Assembly (NCBI GenBank): GCA_030141605.1
Contig: JAQGDQ010001155.1
Coordinates: 1 to 59,029 of the forward strand
Source: Tubiluchus corallicola
Lineage: Eukaryota; Animalia; Priapulida
Direction of reading: 5' to 3'
Length of the DNA stretch: 59,029 bases
Position numbers and translations under genes: made by a program. Below are positions 13,901-27,503 of the stretch, piece by piece. Every line of letters starts with the position of its first letter. Positions within the stretch are counted from its first letter, which is position 1. The notes beneath the pieces are model-generated. The model was not told the origin of the DNA, did not search any database, and saw only the letters and a list, made by a program, of their open reading frames with translations.

Positions 13901-16900
13901 TAACACTTTTACAATAATTTCAGAAAAAAATAGTTTTTAAATAAGATACAAAACATATGTAAAAATTGTTTTGCACTAAAACCAGACCCATTGCCCCCCC
14001 CCCCCCCACCCCTTAAATCCGCCACTGATCCAGGCCTGGATTCTGTCAGTCGTCATGTCAACAGCTACAAAACTGTTTAATTGATCTTTGCATGATGTCT
14101 CGATTTCATCCACTAAATCAGATATTCTAACTTTTGTTTTGAACCTGATTTATTGGTTAGTTATGATGTATGGCTTCCTCGCGACTCGTATTAGTGGTTT
14201 CTTTCGCGTGTGCAGCACTTTGAAAGTGTTTTTTGTACTGAATAATGATTATGTTAATGTAAGGAAGTAAAATAAAGGAAGTAGAATTTCACTAACATAA
14301 ATACTTTACGCCTCAGTGAGTCAGATGAACATATTTCGATAAACGAATTTAATAATGGCTCAGATTTCAACCCGTCTTGGGTTTTTCCATCAAATCTATT
14401 TTTATTACGACTTTTAGACGCAGATGTGTGTGAGCCAATGTGCCTAGGAGTTTCTTAGGTACGTTTTGCATGAATGGTTTGCAGCCGCCTGGGTTCAATA
14501 CTCGCTGTTGGTGGTATTATTTGCCCTACTGATTCTGGCTGTTTACCTCGCTGACGAAGACGTATTCTCAATTTAAACATGGCTGAGACGCTACTGCTGG
14601 TTCAGTAGCTCATTGTTAATGGACATCGTTAATAACGAACTAGAATCCAGTACTGCCAAATGCATCGTGTTGAGTAGCGCTGGTTTCTTGGTTTGTAGTG
14701 TGCACATGTGTATAAAAACCATTTTCAAATCTGCTTTAAAGGAAAACAATAAAATCGTCCGGATTTCCTTCATTAAATTCATGTAAATTGCATTCGATGA
14801 ATGTGTAATTACTGGAATAAAAACGCTCTTTGACATCAAGAGTATCAACTTTCTTTTTGGTCTGTCGTTTTAAAATTTTTCTAGCGAGTTTTGTTTATTT
14901 TTAACAGCTCAGATGTTCTTGTTAGTTGAGCAGGTTTGTTTTGATATTGGAGAAAGTTGGGGCGCGGCCTTGGCGGGGGGTTGTGTGTAATCCCCCAACG
15001 AGCAGCGTTGAGTCAGTTTAGTTAGTATTCTGTTTCGCGTAATTATACTGCAAATGTATCATTGCTGTACGTAGCTTGTTTGTCTTTCTGTTCATAAGCT
15101 TGTTGTTGTGTGCTATTGCGTATTAATTACTGCAATGTTGTTGAAAACGTAAATTTTGGGCATCCTTGCTTAATCTGCATTGTCAATGGCCGTCTCTACA
15201 AACTACATAAGAAAAGTCGGAGTCTATTCATAAGTTAATGCTAAGATTCTAGAGATAATATAGATCACGCATTACATCGAAATTTAATTTATAATTTATT
15301 TGTCTGTTAAAACTCTTAAAGTGAAAGAAATATATGACATGTATTGTCTTCATTTCATGTATCAGTATCATAATTCAATACTTCCACCAGCTTTTCAGTC
15401 ATACTTTAGTCCAGTTTCAAATCAACATTATCATTACACAAGATATTCAGTCGAAAACTATGTACTCCCCCCTTCCAAAAACAAATATAATGAAACAGTC
15501 ATCAAAATATAATGCCATTAAAATATGGTCATCAATTCCGCATGAAATGAAAACTCTTAATCAACTTATCAATTTAAAAAAGCATCAAAGAATTACAACG
15601 GTATAATTAACTCACAATTTTACTCATCCTGATCTTAAGTTACTAACAAAACTTATTTTGTTCTAATGTACGTTATAACGGATGAAAATGTAATGTTAAT
15701 TGTCAATTGTTTCACTTATCTGGAGGAGGACTCGAAAGCTCAATGCTCCTTCCTTCTCACAGTAACTCGCATAGTTTTTTTTTCAATGTTATATAAATTT
15801 ATATGTATGTTTGAGTGTCTGTGGAATAAATTCATAATTCATAATTCAATTGCGCCGATACTGTAGACTTGTGCTGCCATCTGTAGTTGCGATACAGCTA
15901 CAGATGTTAAATATTGCATTTCTGTTAAATATTGCATTTTGCAGCATTGCATTAAACACTGTGATATAATTATTTGCACAAAGTTTAGTACTATTCCTAA
16001 ATGTTTGTGGTGTGTTATGTCACATGATGTTAGGTCACGTTACGCTTGTGTTACATTATGTCTAGGCTAGGTTACATTAGGTTAGGTTAGGTTAGGTCAG
16101 ATCGCGTTACGTTATGTTACATAATTTTATACTTCTTGTTAATTCTTATTGTCATAGGTACGTAAAGTTTAGCACTAATGTGTGTACTTACATTGTTGTA
16201 CTGTATGATATACTGCGAATTGTGCGGTGTCCCCTTCGTACGCTGACCATTTTGGGTAATTTAAAGCAAAACCGGACAGAATTTTAAACTGTAGGTCAAA
16301 ACAATCTACTCTTTAAAATATTGAAAGGAAACATTCTATTTTTTTCAAAAATAACTTACGCAAAACAATTATTGCCACACAAAAGCAATTTCACGTTCGT
16401 GCCACTAGTTCCTCACTGTTGCATGCATTTCGCCATTCGTAAGTTAGACGGGCACTAGCGCCTGCACTTCGAAAACGCATTGCACAAAAAACAGGTGCTG
16501 TACTTCTCTGTTCAGATGTGTTAGTTTGTGACGAATTACACACGTTCCACAGCTCATGCCTGAACATAGCGGTAAATTTGAAATTTGAATTTTTATCTTA
16601 AAACTTGCCTAGTTTTAGTACAAAGCACTTAATCTCTTACAGTAGCACTGTCCTTCAATTTTCGCTTTCGCAAACACGTGTAACGTGCTCGTCGAATATT
16701 TTTGCTGTCGAAAATTATGTTAGTTTGTGATGTTCAAAAGTTAGGCTTGCCCGCCTTTCATTACCTTTTCAATCTATTATTTAATAACCAGAAACGCTTT
16801 TGCAGTATTAATTGTATTAAAATGTATACTTTTTATGAGACTTAAAAATGGGTAGTATTATTATAGTCTTCATTTAGATTTTTGTACTGTGTTGGAAGTT

Positions 16901-19900
16901 TTGCTTACCAGTCGAACTACATTTATTCATAAATCTTAATAAAAAATAATAACAATAATGTGATAAATTATTGAATGTAACTCATTTTTATTTAATTAAA
17001 AACTAACTTAATTGAAAAAATCATTAAGGTTACTCACATTAACGCGGCAGACTTTCTTTGTGTCCTATAGATGTACAAAAGAAAGCTAGAACAGTTTAAA
17101 GAGGAAGAAAAGGAGGCAATTGAAAAAGTATGATACATGAAACTACCCATCCCAAGTATCGAACTCAGAAATTTCTTGCCTAATAAGCCTTTTCTCAGTT
17201 CTGTTGTGCACATTCACAGTTGCTGTAGGTCAAAAGTTAAGTGTGCCACAGCAATGGGTCTTAACTACAACCGTCACGTGATGTGTAGGTAAAGCAAAGT
17301 CATCTGCTGCATCATTTCAGTCACTTCAGTTGTTTTACTTGGACTTTATTTAATTAATTAGTCTGTGCATAGAGTGATTTACTAGCAGGATTTTGCTTGG
17401 GAACAAGAAAAAATGAACTAGGTAAGATTCTAGCTAACTGTTAAAACTGTTACTGTTACAATAGCTTGAGCTACAAGACTTTCTCAAGTGTACACATTGT
17501 CAATTGTTTCAACTGTGAAAAAACTTTAGTGATGGACATCTATCATGATTTTTTGCAGAATGAAGATATTTCGGACATCATGACAAAACTTGATGAGCTT
17601 AAGATGCACAAGGACGTATCTCAGAGAGAAAGGGTTACCATCATGAAAGCAGGACAAATTCTCGGTAAATTTCACACCAAAGTTGCAGAACATCAGCAGC
17701 ATGAGGCAACGATCCAGCGACTGCAGAATGAAAAGGTAGAGTTCAAATTTGTGTTTACTTTTACTTTAACCTATATTTTTGTAATTTTTGCAACTTGTTT
17801 CAAACAAAACTTTAAACAAGATATAACTTATAGCGCATTCAGATTGGCGAGTGTGAGTTACTGTCGGCACGTTATTGCAAACTCTCCAACAGTTGTTGCA
17901 AGTTTATTTACTATCTAGTGTGAACGCCTTTGCGAGTTACTCTCAACACTTCTCGCAGTTAATAGAGAAATGAGTATCAGCTGATGCTTACTGTCAGAGA
18001 GTAACTCGCAGCAAGTTTTGCTCTCTAGTCAGAACATGCTTGTGAGTTACTCTGTGAGTTACCCTCAACATTTCTCACAGTTAATAGAGAAGTGAGCATC
18101 AGCTCATGCTTACTTCAAAGAGTAACTCGCAGCAAGTTTTGCCCTCTAATCTGAACATGCTTGTGAGTTACTTGGCAAGTTTAGTTTGAACAAGGGAGTG
18201 TCAGCTCGCACTTGCTGTGAGAGAGTAACTCACAGCTTGCAAGTTACTTGGCGAGAAAACTCGCTACTCTGAACGTGCCATAATTTGCTAGTAATGTCTG
18301 TTCACATGCTTTTTGAAATTAGTGAGTTTTCCAGTAAGGAATCCACTGATAAGATGGTCAAGAAAAAAACTGAATTTATAAATGACCTTTTTGCGTCCAG
18401 ATAAAAATTGTTTGTTGGTGTGAACCACTGCCGTCATATATAGATCAGATTGTGTGTTGGTGTGAACCACTGCCGTTATATATAGATCAGATTGTTTGTT
18501 GGTGTGAACCTCTGCCGTCATATATAGATCAGATTGTTTGTTGGTGTGAACCTCTGCCGTCATATATAGATCAGATTGTGTGTTGGTGTGAACCTCTGCC
18601 GTCATATATAGATCAGATTGTTTGTTGGTGTGAACCTCTGCCGTCATATATAGATCAGATTGTTTGTTGGTGTGAACCACTGCCGTCATATATAGATCAG
18701 ATTGTGTGTTGGTGTGAACCTCTGCCGTCATATATAGATCAGATTGTTTGTTGGTGTGAACCTCTGCCGTCATATATAGATCAGATTGTGTGTTGGTGTG
18801 AACCTCTGCCGTCATATATAGATCAGATTGTTTGTTGGTGTGAACCACTGCCTTCATATATAGATCAGATTGTGTGTTGGTGTGAACCTCTGCCGTCATA
18901 TATAGATCAGATTGTGTGTTGGTGTGAACCTCTGCCGGCCATCATATATAGATCAGATTGTTTGTTGGTGTGAACCTCTGCCGTCATATATAGATCAGAT
19001 TGTTTGTTGGTGTGAACCTCTGCCGTCATATATAGATCAGATTGTTTGTTGGTGTGAACCACTGCCTTCATATATAGATCAGATTGTGTGTTGGTGTGAA
19101 CCTCTGCCGTCATATATAGATCAGATTGTGTGTTGGTGTGAACCTCTGCCGTCATATATAGATCAGATTGTGTGTTGGTGTGAACCACTGCCGCCATACA
19201 TAGATCAGATTGTTTGTTGGTGTGAACCACTGCCACCATATATAGATCAGACACTGTAACCAAATTTAATGGCATTGATATTTCAAATTGGTGCTGCCAT
19301 TTGTATTTAATTTTCATTTATAAATTGATTAATTTTGGTGAGATTTGGCTTGCCAGTTTTCTTTGTTTGCATATTTATAAGTTCCAACAGTCTTTTGTTA
19401 GTTTATAATAAAATTAAGCAACACAGAGCCTGGTCATTGAATGGATGGGTAACCACCACAGTCAAGTGCTGTCTCTGGGAAGTTTCATAACCTACCTTCC
19501 AGCACGTGGGTGTTTGTGGTGGGGGAATTGTACATATATTCGAATGTGACTGAGACACCTCTGCTGGTTCAGTGTCTCATCTTAGATGCTTAGCCTTGAT
19601 AAGGAGCTAGGTTTCGGTTCTGTCACAAGCATGCACTTTAAATAGATCTTGTCATTGTGTGCTGTATTTTGGTTTAATGTGTGCCAAACTGTAAGAAAAC
19701 GAAATTTTAAAATATGTCCCAAAGAACTATCCTTACAAAATTACTTAGCATTGAAAAATAATTGCACCTTTTTGTAAAAGTATCTGTATCACCTTCCCAA
19801 CGTGCACCACTGGCTCACCAACAAACGACACAATATTTTCTTATTAACAATATAAAGTAATTTATAGCACAAGACAACCCTCCACTCACATAAAGCTTAA

Positions 19901-22900
19901 AAAATTCGTCTTGAAATCTTTTTTACCACTTACATACTGCCTTTTTGCATGCAGAGCTTACGTCCGCAGTAACGCTCTATAAAACGTGCAAATTTAAACT
20001 TCCGCAATGACCGTTAGACGCAGGCGTTTTAATGATAGATCATTTGAAACAAGTTTAGATAGCATTGCGTGTAGTTTGAAAAAATAATCAAAGTCAATAA
20101 TCAAAATTCAAGGCGAAATTTTTTACCTTTAAAAAAGTAAAGGGGTTTCTTATCCTTTAATTGTAACATTTGTTCAGTTATTGTTGAAACACTGAGCGTG
20201 GTAAGTTTGGTTTAACCCTTTCAGTCCCAAATTATTTTTTAATAAGACAAATTTTTTGGCTTGGTACTTTTGTTAAGTATGTCCATCTTGTTTACACATA
20301 ATAATTATTTTTTCTACCTGTGCCCGCGTGCTAAATATAGCCTGTATCCCACGGGATACATTGGGATTCAATGGAAGCGTAAAATGTGCTTCATTTTGCA
20401 ACTGCTGATAATTTTTTAAAGTATTTAAAACATTTAGTATGCACGCTATGCTGATCTGTACAAAGTCGTCTCTAAAGTACTGTACCTTGCGCAGTTTTTT
20501 ATGCTATGTAGATTTTCTAGTTTGCCATTTTATCACCATTTTAGTCTATTGTTATTGACTTAAATCAAAATAACTATTAACAGATCAAATAAATGTCAAT
20601 TTTAAAATTTCATTAATTTTAAAGGCAGAAAATATTCGCGTATCCCACGGGATACAACGGGTATGAAAGGGTTAACAAGCCGTAATCTCTTGTGTGTGGA
20701 CAGACGTGCAAAGAATTTTCAGTTTTTCACTGTAGCAGAAACTCTCGAGACCATAAAATGTGGGTGGTCTTTGACTCGCTTAGCTTTCTGCATAATTTCA
20801 CGTTCTAGAAAAAGTTTTTTGCACATCGTCCTACAGCAGGAAGTTTAGCTTTTGTTTTTAATGTCAAACTTCTGGCCAGATTTGACTTTTGATTATTAAA
20901 CTCTGGAAGATTTCACTATTAGGAATCCGCAATTTTGATAGACTTCGGAAACTTTCGTTCTAAGTGAACAGTTGGCCCGCGTTCAGTAGAAACACGTGGC
21001 CTAACTTTCTTATAACAGTTTGACCCGCGTTTAGTAGAAACACGTAGCCTAACTTTCTTATATGGTTTGACCCATGCTTAGTAGAAACAAATGGTCTAAC
21101 TTTCTTATACGGTTTGACCCATGCTTAGTAGAAACACGTAGCCTAACTTTCTTATACGGTTTGACCCATGCTTAGTAGAAACAAATGGTCTAACTTTCTT
21201 ATACAGTTTGACCCACCCTTAGTAGAAACACGTGGCCTAACTTTCTTATACGGTTTGACCCACGTTTAGTAGAAACACGTGGCCTAACTTTCTTAGACAG
21301 TTTGACCCACGTTTAGTAGACACACGTGGTCTAACTTTCTTATACGGTTTGACCCACGCTTAGTGGACACACGTGGTCTAACTTTCTTATACGGTTTGAC
21401 CCACGCTTAGTAGACACACGTGGTCTAACTTTCTTATACGGTTTGGCCCACGCTTAGTAGACACACGTGGTCTAACTTTCTTATACGGTTTGACCCACGC
21501 TTAGTAGACACACGTGGTCTAACTTTCTTATACGGTTTGACCCACGCTTAGTAGACACACGTGGTCTAACTTTCTTATACGGTTTGGCACACTTTGGTAT
21601 CCAGGAAATGACTAACTGCTTTAGTGTTAGTTGGCCGACTGATTGAATGACTAAATGAGTGACTAATTCCATGACTCGTTAACTCACATGGTAATGGTTG
21701 TGGTAGGACAGGCATCAATGACCATTTTTCCGAGATAAGACATAGAACCAGTAAGAACAACAACAGCATCAACAACAATAATTTTAATATCCGGAAATGG
21801 CCATCTCCTTTGCGATCATCCATCCAGTTACTAATTAGTCCTAATATTGCCTAACTTTTGTGCAGCTATCGCCGCCTTCGCTTTTTGCTTCCTTTGGGCA
21901 ACACGGACTTCTCACCTTGACTGACTGTATCGACGTCTTTAATATTTGATTAAATCTCACACATGGTTGGGTTTGGTTTCACTAATGAACAGTTTAGTAA
22001 AACAGCAGCAGTGTGTGTTGTGATGTGTCGTTAAAAGTGTTCATTTAAAGTCGTATACGTGTCTTATACAGTAAGTAAGTTGTGTAACAGCGAAAGATTG
22101 GAAGAACCTGTGTTTTGTTATTTTTGTCATTAAGACTGGCTGATTAACTGATTGTCTGGCTGATTAACTGATTGTCTGACTGATTAATCGACGAACTGAT
22201 TCATTCACTGATTCACAGACCGACTAACTGCTGGAACAGTTAACTGGCTGACTGAGTACATGAGTGAATAATCAACTAATTCTATTGACCGGCCAACTGA
22301 TGCCTGACTGGCTAACTAGCTGACCAGCCGACCGATTAACTCACTAACTGACTGATTAGCAGGCTGACTAACTTACTGGCTGTCTGATTAGCTGCATGTT
22401 TAATCGGGCAACTAATGATGATAGAGAAAGTGATAGTCTGCCTGATTAACTTACTGACTGACTGCTTGACTCACTCACTTGACTAAGCGTTTGAGTGGTT
22501 AGCCCACCGACTGGTTGAAAGGCTGACTAATTTCGTGATTGAGTGCCTAACTAGCTAAATGACTGGCTGGCCGACCGACTAATTGATTAACTGATTTGAT
22601 TTAATTTAATTTAATATTTTTTTTAAACTTTGCAAAGTTCGTATACACATCACAAATTAACACAAACAATACAATAAATCATGACGCACAACAATAATAG
22701 ACAACAATGACATCTAATTACAGAAGAAAAGTTTACATCACTGTTTAAAATGTTCTTGCATGTAAAATTTTCACTGACAAATCGCTTAACTGACTGACTG
22801 AGTGACTGACTTAATTAGTGACAGAGGCCTAACGTTTTCTGATTAGTCGCATGCTTACTAACAAGGTAATTGCCTGACTGGCTTACTAATTTTTGTTACT

Positions 22901-25900
22901 TGACTGCCTGACAAGTTGCATGAAGGTGGTCTACCGCTATTATGACTAGCTGTCAAATTACTAACTAACTACTTTGCACTGACTAAGTTGTACAAAAGCG
23001 TAAGTCTCGAAGTTTGGATAAACACTGCTGCAACTGTGATAACGACTTCTTCCCCTTTGTCATGGAAACCGAGAAAAACTAGGATCAGCTATTCCAGAAA
23101 TCCTCGTGCAAAAACATTCCTGATAAAAACAGCCCCGCCTCTTCTGCGTTTCCACCTGTGCAGAAGTTTCACCTACATAAACGCTTTACCTAATTAACTA
23201 ATGACAGGCATTATTAATGCATGATGATTAGCTACACCTGGCAGAATTCGTGTGCAAAGACTAAACTGTTGCTTGTTTGGTGTGGTTTAAGTGCAGCGTC
23301 TGTTTCTGTTAAGAGCTGAGATCAGTGTGTTTTGATACAGTGAAAATTAATTTTATAGTGCTTGATGAATTGACTACACGTGGACATTGTTGCTGTATGA
23401 ACTGTAGAGTTTAGATCAGGGTGTGCAAACTGCGGCCCGCCGAGAGAATTTGTGCGGCCCGCGAAGAGATTTGTCAACCTAATGAAAGTGCGGCCCGGGC
23501 GATTAATTGAGTGTATCCAGCTGAAGTCCGTGCCACGATCCCAAAGATAGTGCGGGTAGTTTTTTCTACTAGATCGGATGCCATTAACCCTTACAAGATG
23601 GTTGTAGCTTAATGTCACTGTATTACACAGACTGTGTGATACACATTACTAATATGCATTGTAATGAAATTACCACTATCTGTCCTGAAAGTAGAAATAT
23701 ATGGTTTGTAATATAAATTTTAATAACTTCTAAAATAGTTTCTTGAGTGTAGTTGTAATCATGTACGCAGGTCGGATGCAAAAAATTGTTATTAGGCCTT
23801 TCTGTACTTGGCTCCTTGATCAAACTGCCTGTGGCCCGCAGGAATTGCGGGAAAGTTTAATGTGGCCCAGCTAGTCAGATAATTTGCACACCCCTGGTTT
23901 AGATCATCAAAATAAGAAAGTAAATATTCTTTCTGAGTTGTACAGGGTAACACTGTACTCAGGGCCGGTTCTAGGTAGTCTGATGTCATTGAGTAAAGAG
24001 AACCTGTTAAACTATGTTAAAAGCATTAGACTATGATAGATAATTATGTCGATAGATGCTGGTATGAAGCCAGTTAAGGAGTGGTGTCACGTGAGTAAGT
24101 GATTCAGAATTGAGGTGTCGAAGCTTCGCGCACGATATATAAACCCTGCGATGCGCCCAGCTCAGGGAATTGAGTCTGGGAGCCGGAGCAGAGAGGCTAG
24201 ATCAGGGGCTGGCATTACTATCTGTTATATTTATTGTGTTTGATGTTTAATAAACGTGTAGTTTTATAATCAGACTCTTCATTATTTTGCCATTCCTAAA
24301 ACACCAATAATCAGCTTTACACAACCAATAGAACGAATTATTTTTACTCATAGGTAAAAATATTATCGGCGTCAACGATCAACCCCTTCCGCCACGGTCC
24401 ACACCCACTCCCAATATTGAATTTTTCTCGTATAATCTGTATATTAATTACATACATATATGTATATACATTAATTCTTTATTTGTCATTAAAATGGTTC
24501 ACTAGAGGGGGTCAAAATCATTTGTTCAGACCCTGCATCTTCAACAATTGTGAAAATGCCTTTGTAATCTAGCTGTACCAGTTAAAATATGGTTACTGTC
24601 ATTATCATAATGAGTTATAGATGTTCAATATGCCCTTCTAAATTACACTTAATAAGCACTTGTATGAACTTCACATTTTAGCCTGCTTATAATGATCAAG
24701 GGTACGATTTTTGGGTTAATTCCCATTCATTGTAAACTTGACCAGTATTTATCTGTCAAGGGCTGTTGAGTACAGGCAGGATTTGCAGCAACAATGGCGG
24801 ACAATAAGGCCTTTATGAATGCCCCTTTCCGGTGTTTATTTCCACGTTTCTATGGGCTTGTTCGCCTGTTTTTGTCCGTCATTTTTTTATTGTTTGCAGT
24901 GAGTTTGTTGGTGCGCCTAATGTTTTTGTGAAAATGGTTGAATAACGCCTCTTAAGTATTTTTTATTTCTTTACCTTGTGGTTTACTAGTGTAAGTGCCT
25001 TATGAGTCTGTCACAGAGACTCCTTATAATTTTTTCGTTTTTTTGTAGTGGTGGTTTAATTCAGAACTGTGCAATCACTTTAGTGTAAAATAAAGTAAAC
25101 TTTTTTTACTATGAACAATGTCGGCAGACGTTTTTCTATCATGCATTGGCGAAGACGCCATTGTGGATGTATAACGTTAAGGTTGAACCTCTTAGATTTT
25201 TCTATTCTTTATTGTTGATGGAGAGAGAGGAACGATTTTGGTTTATTTGAAGAGAAATGAAGTTAGCAAAGCTTCGGTAAATGATGGAAAACAGAGCCCC
25301 GTAGATTAAACTGCATTTTAATATGCATTATTCTAATCTAACCTAACTTAAAATAGTAGGATGTGTTATATCCTAATCTAGTCTAATCTATATTAATTGA
25401 TCTCATCTGTTTAGCTTAATGTAATCTACTCTAATCTAATCTACCCTAATCTGCAGTACTCTAGTTTAATCTAATCTAACCTAATCTAATGTAATCTAAT
25501 CTAATCTACAGTACTCTTGTTTAGTCTAATCTAATCTAACCTGACCTACTCCACTCTAGATTAATCTAATCTACACTATTCTAGTCTAATCTAGTCTGAT
25601 GCAATCTACACTACTCTAATCTAATCTAATCTAGCCTTATTTATGCTACTTTAATGTTTTCTATTTTGATATAGTCTACTCTCATCTAATCTAATCTAAT
25701 CTAATCTAATCTAATCTAATCTAATCTAATCTAATCTAATCTAATCTAATCTAATCTAATCTAATCTAATCTAATCTAATCTAATCTAATCTAATCTAAT
25801 CTAATCTAATCTAATCTAATCTAATCTAATCTAATCTAATCTAATCTAATCTAATCTAATCTAATCTAATCTAATCTAATCTAATCTAATCTAATCTAAT

Positions 25901-27430
25901 CTAATCTAATCTAATCTAATCTAATCTAATCTAATCTAATCTAATCTAATCTAATCTAATCTAATCTAATCTAATCTAATCTAATCTAACCTAATCTAAT
26001 CTAATCCAATCTCATTTAATCCAATCCAATCCCATCTCTATAATTAATCTAAACGGTAAATCCAAGCCAATCCTCTGTATATTTTTGCAAGTAGTTTTCA
26101 ACACATTTGCATAATTTATGAATAAAGACAAACAGTACTCCAACCAGATTCGTATTTGCAGGATAAACTGACAGCAGATTGGACAGCAGTGATTCTGGAA
26201 CATGAAACATTGTGCAAAGATCATACTGAACTTAAACAGGTATTATTGTTTTTCAACCTTTAACTTCTATGCTTGTCTAAGCACACCCACCCTTGCTGCA
26301 AATCTCTCTCCACCCTTTCCCCCCATTGTCGTGGAACACTGTCGGCACGTGTACGAATTCCAAGCAATTTCACGGTTGAATGAAAAGACAACTTTAAATC
26401 CTATGAGTTCTTGTTGTCATTGTAAATAGATCCTCTGCCCCGGGGGTTTATGGTCCACGCACAGAGAGGGCAAAACCATTAAATCAAATGTCACTGACTC
26501 GGCCATGGACTATTATTCTAACAAGACGATGACCATTTTATAGGCCAGCATTTTTCCCACCAAATTCTGAAACGTTTTGGAGTTCTGTCGCATCTTCAAC
26601 GGTGTGACGTCGTTGTACGTTTCTTTATGCGGAGTGATTGTTACCATGTCGCTGTTGAAATGTTTCCACTCATCAATCATCATCAAAAAAACGTTGGCAT
26701 TATTATTTACACTAGGAAAGAGAATATTTTTTCCATTATACACGGTAGTAATGCAATAGTAGACCTGTGCAGAGAGCCTTGGGGCGTTTACATTTTTACT
26801 ACCCATTTCTCTTCTTTTGTTCTTAACATCCAGCCCTGAGCGTCAGGCCTTGTCACGTGGGTACACAATATTCTAGACATGCCCGTATATCAGAAACATA
26901 GTTTATGTTCTGCTGGAATGCGAGAACTTGTTCCTGTAACATGGTTGATCTTGAAATGTGAAAACGTGTTCCTGTAAGTGTCATAGATGCCCAGAAAGCA
27001 TACAGCAGTATGGGAGCAGCAGTGGGAAGTGTAAGTTTCTATTTTTCATACTTTGTTGAAGGTCTCGGAGATATTTATCACGGTTTTTAAGTCACAATAA
27101 AGTACTTAATTATGCTAATTTGTTTTGTTGCTGATAGGTAGACATAATTATGTTCAATTATAAAATGTGTAAATTTAAGATTATTAAAATCCTTAGCCAA
27201 CGTTTAATTTGCTGCATTATTAGAAACCATTTTTTTATTATTTAAATCAGATCAAAGAGATTATTAAGTAATTTGTGGAGCATTGACTGCTGTATTAATC
27301 ACTGTGCAATTATTGTGCAATGAGTCTGAATAAAATAATAGTTATGATGATGATGATGACGATGATGATGATGATATGACAACAATAATGCTAAATTTGC
27401 ATTTCGCAGGCCATTTTGGGGTTATAGGGT

Positions 27431-27503
<73 letters not shown>

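Noticed and set aside
18288-19317. Cys/Trp repeat protein ORFs ([14 protein letters not shown])n
   Set aside because: Product of a 42-bp tandem repeat that is open in several frames, with no splice support
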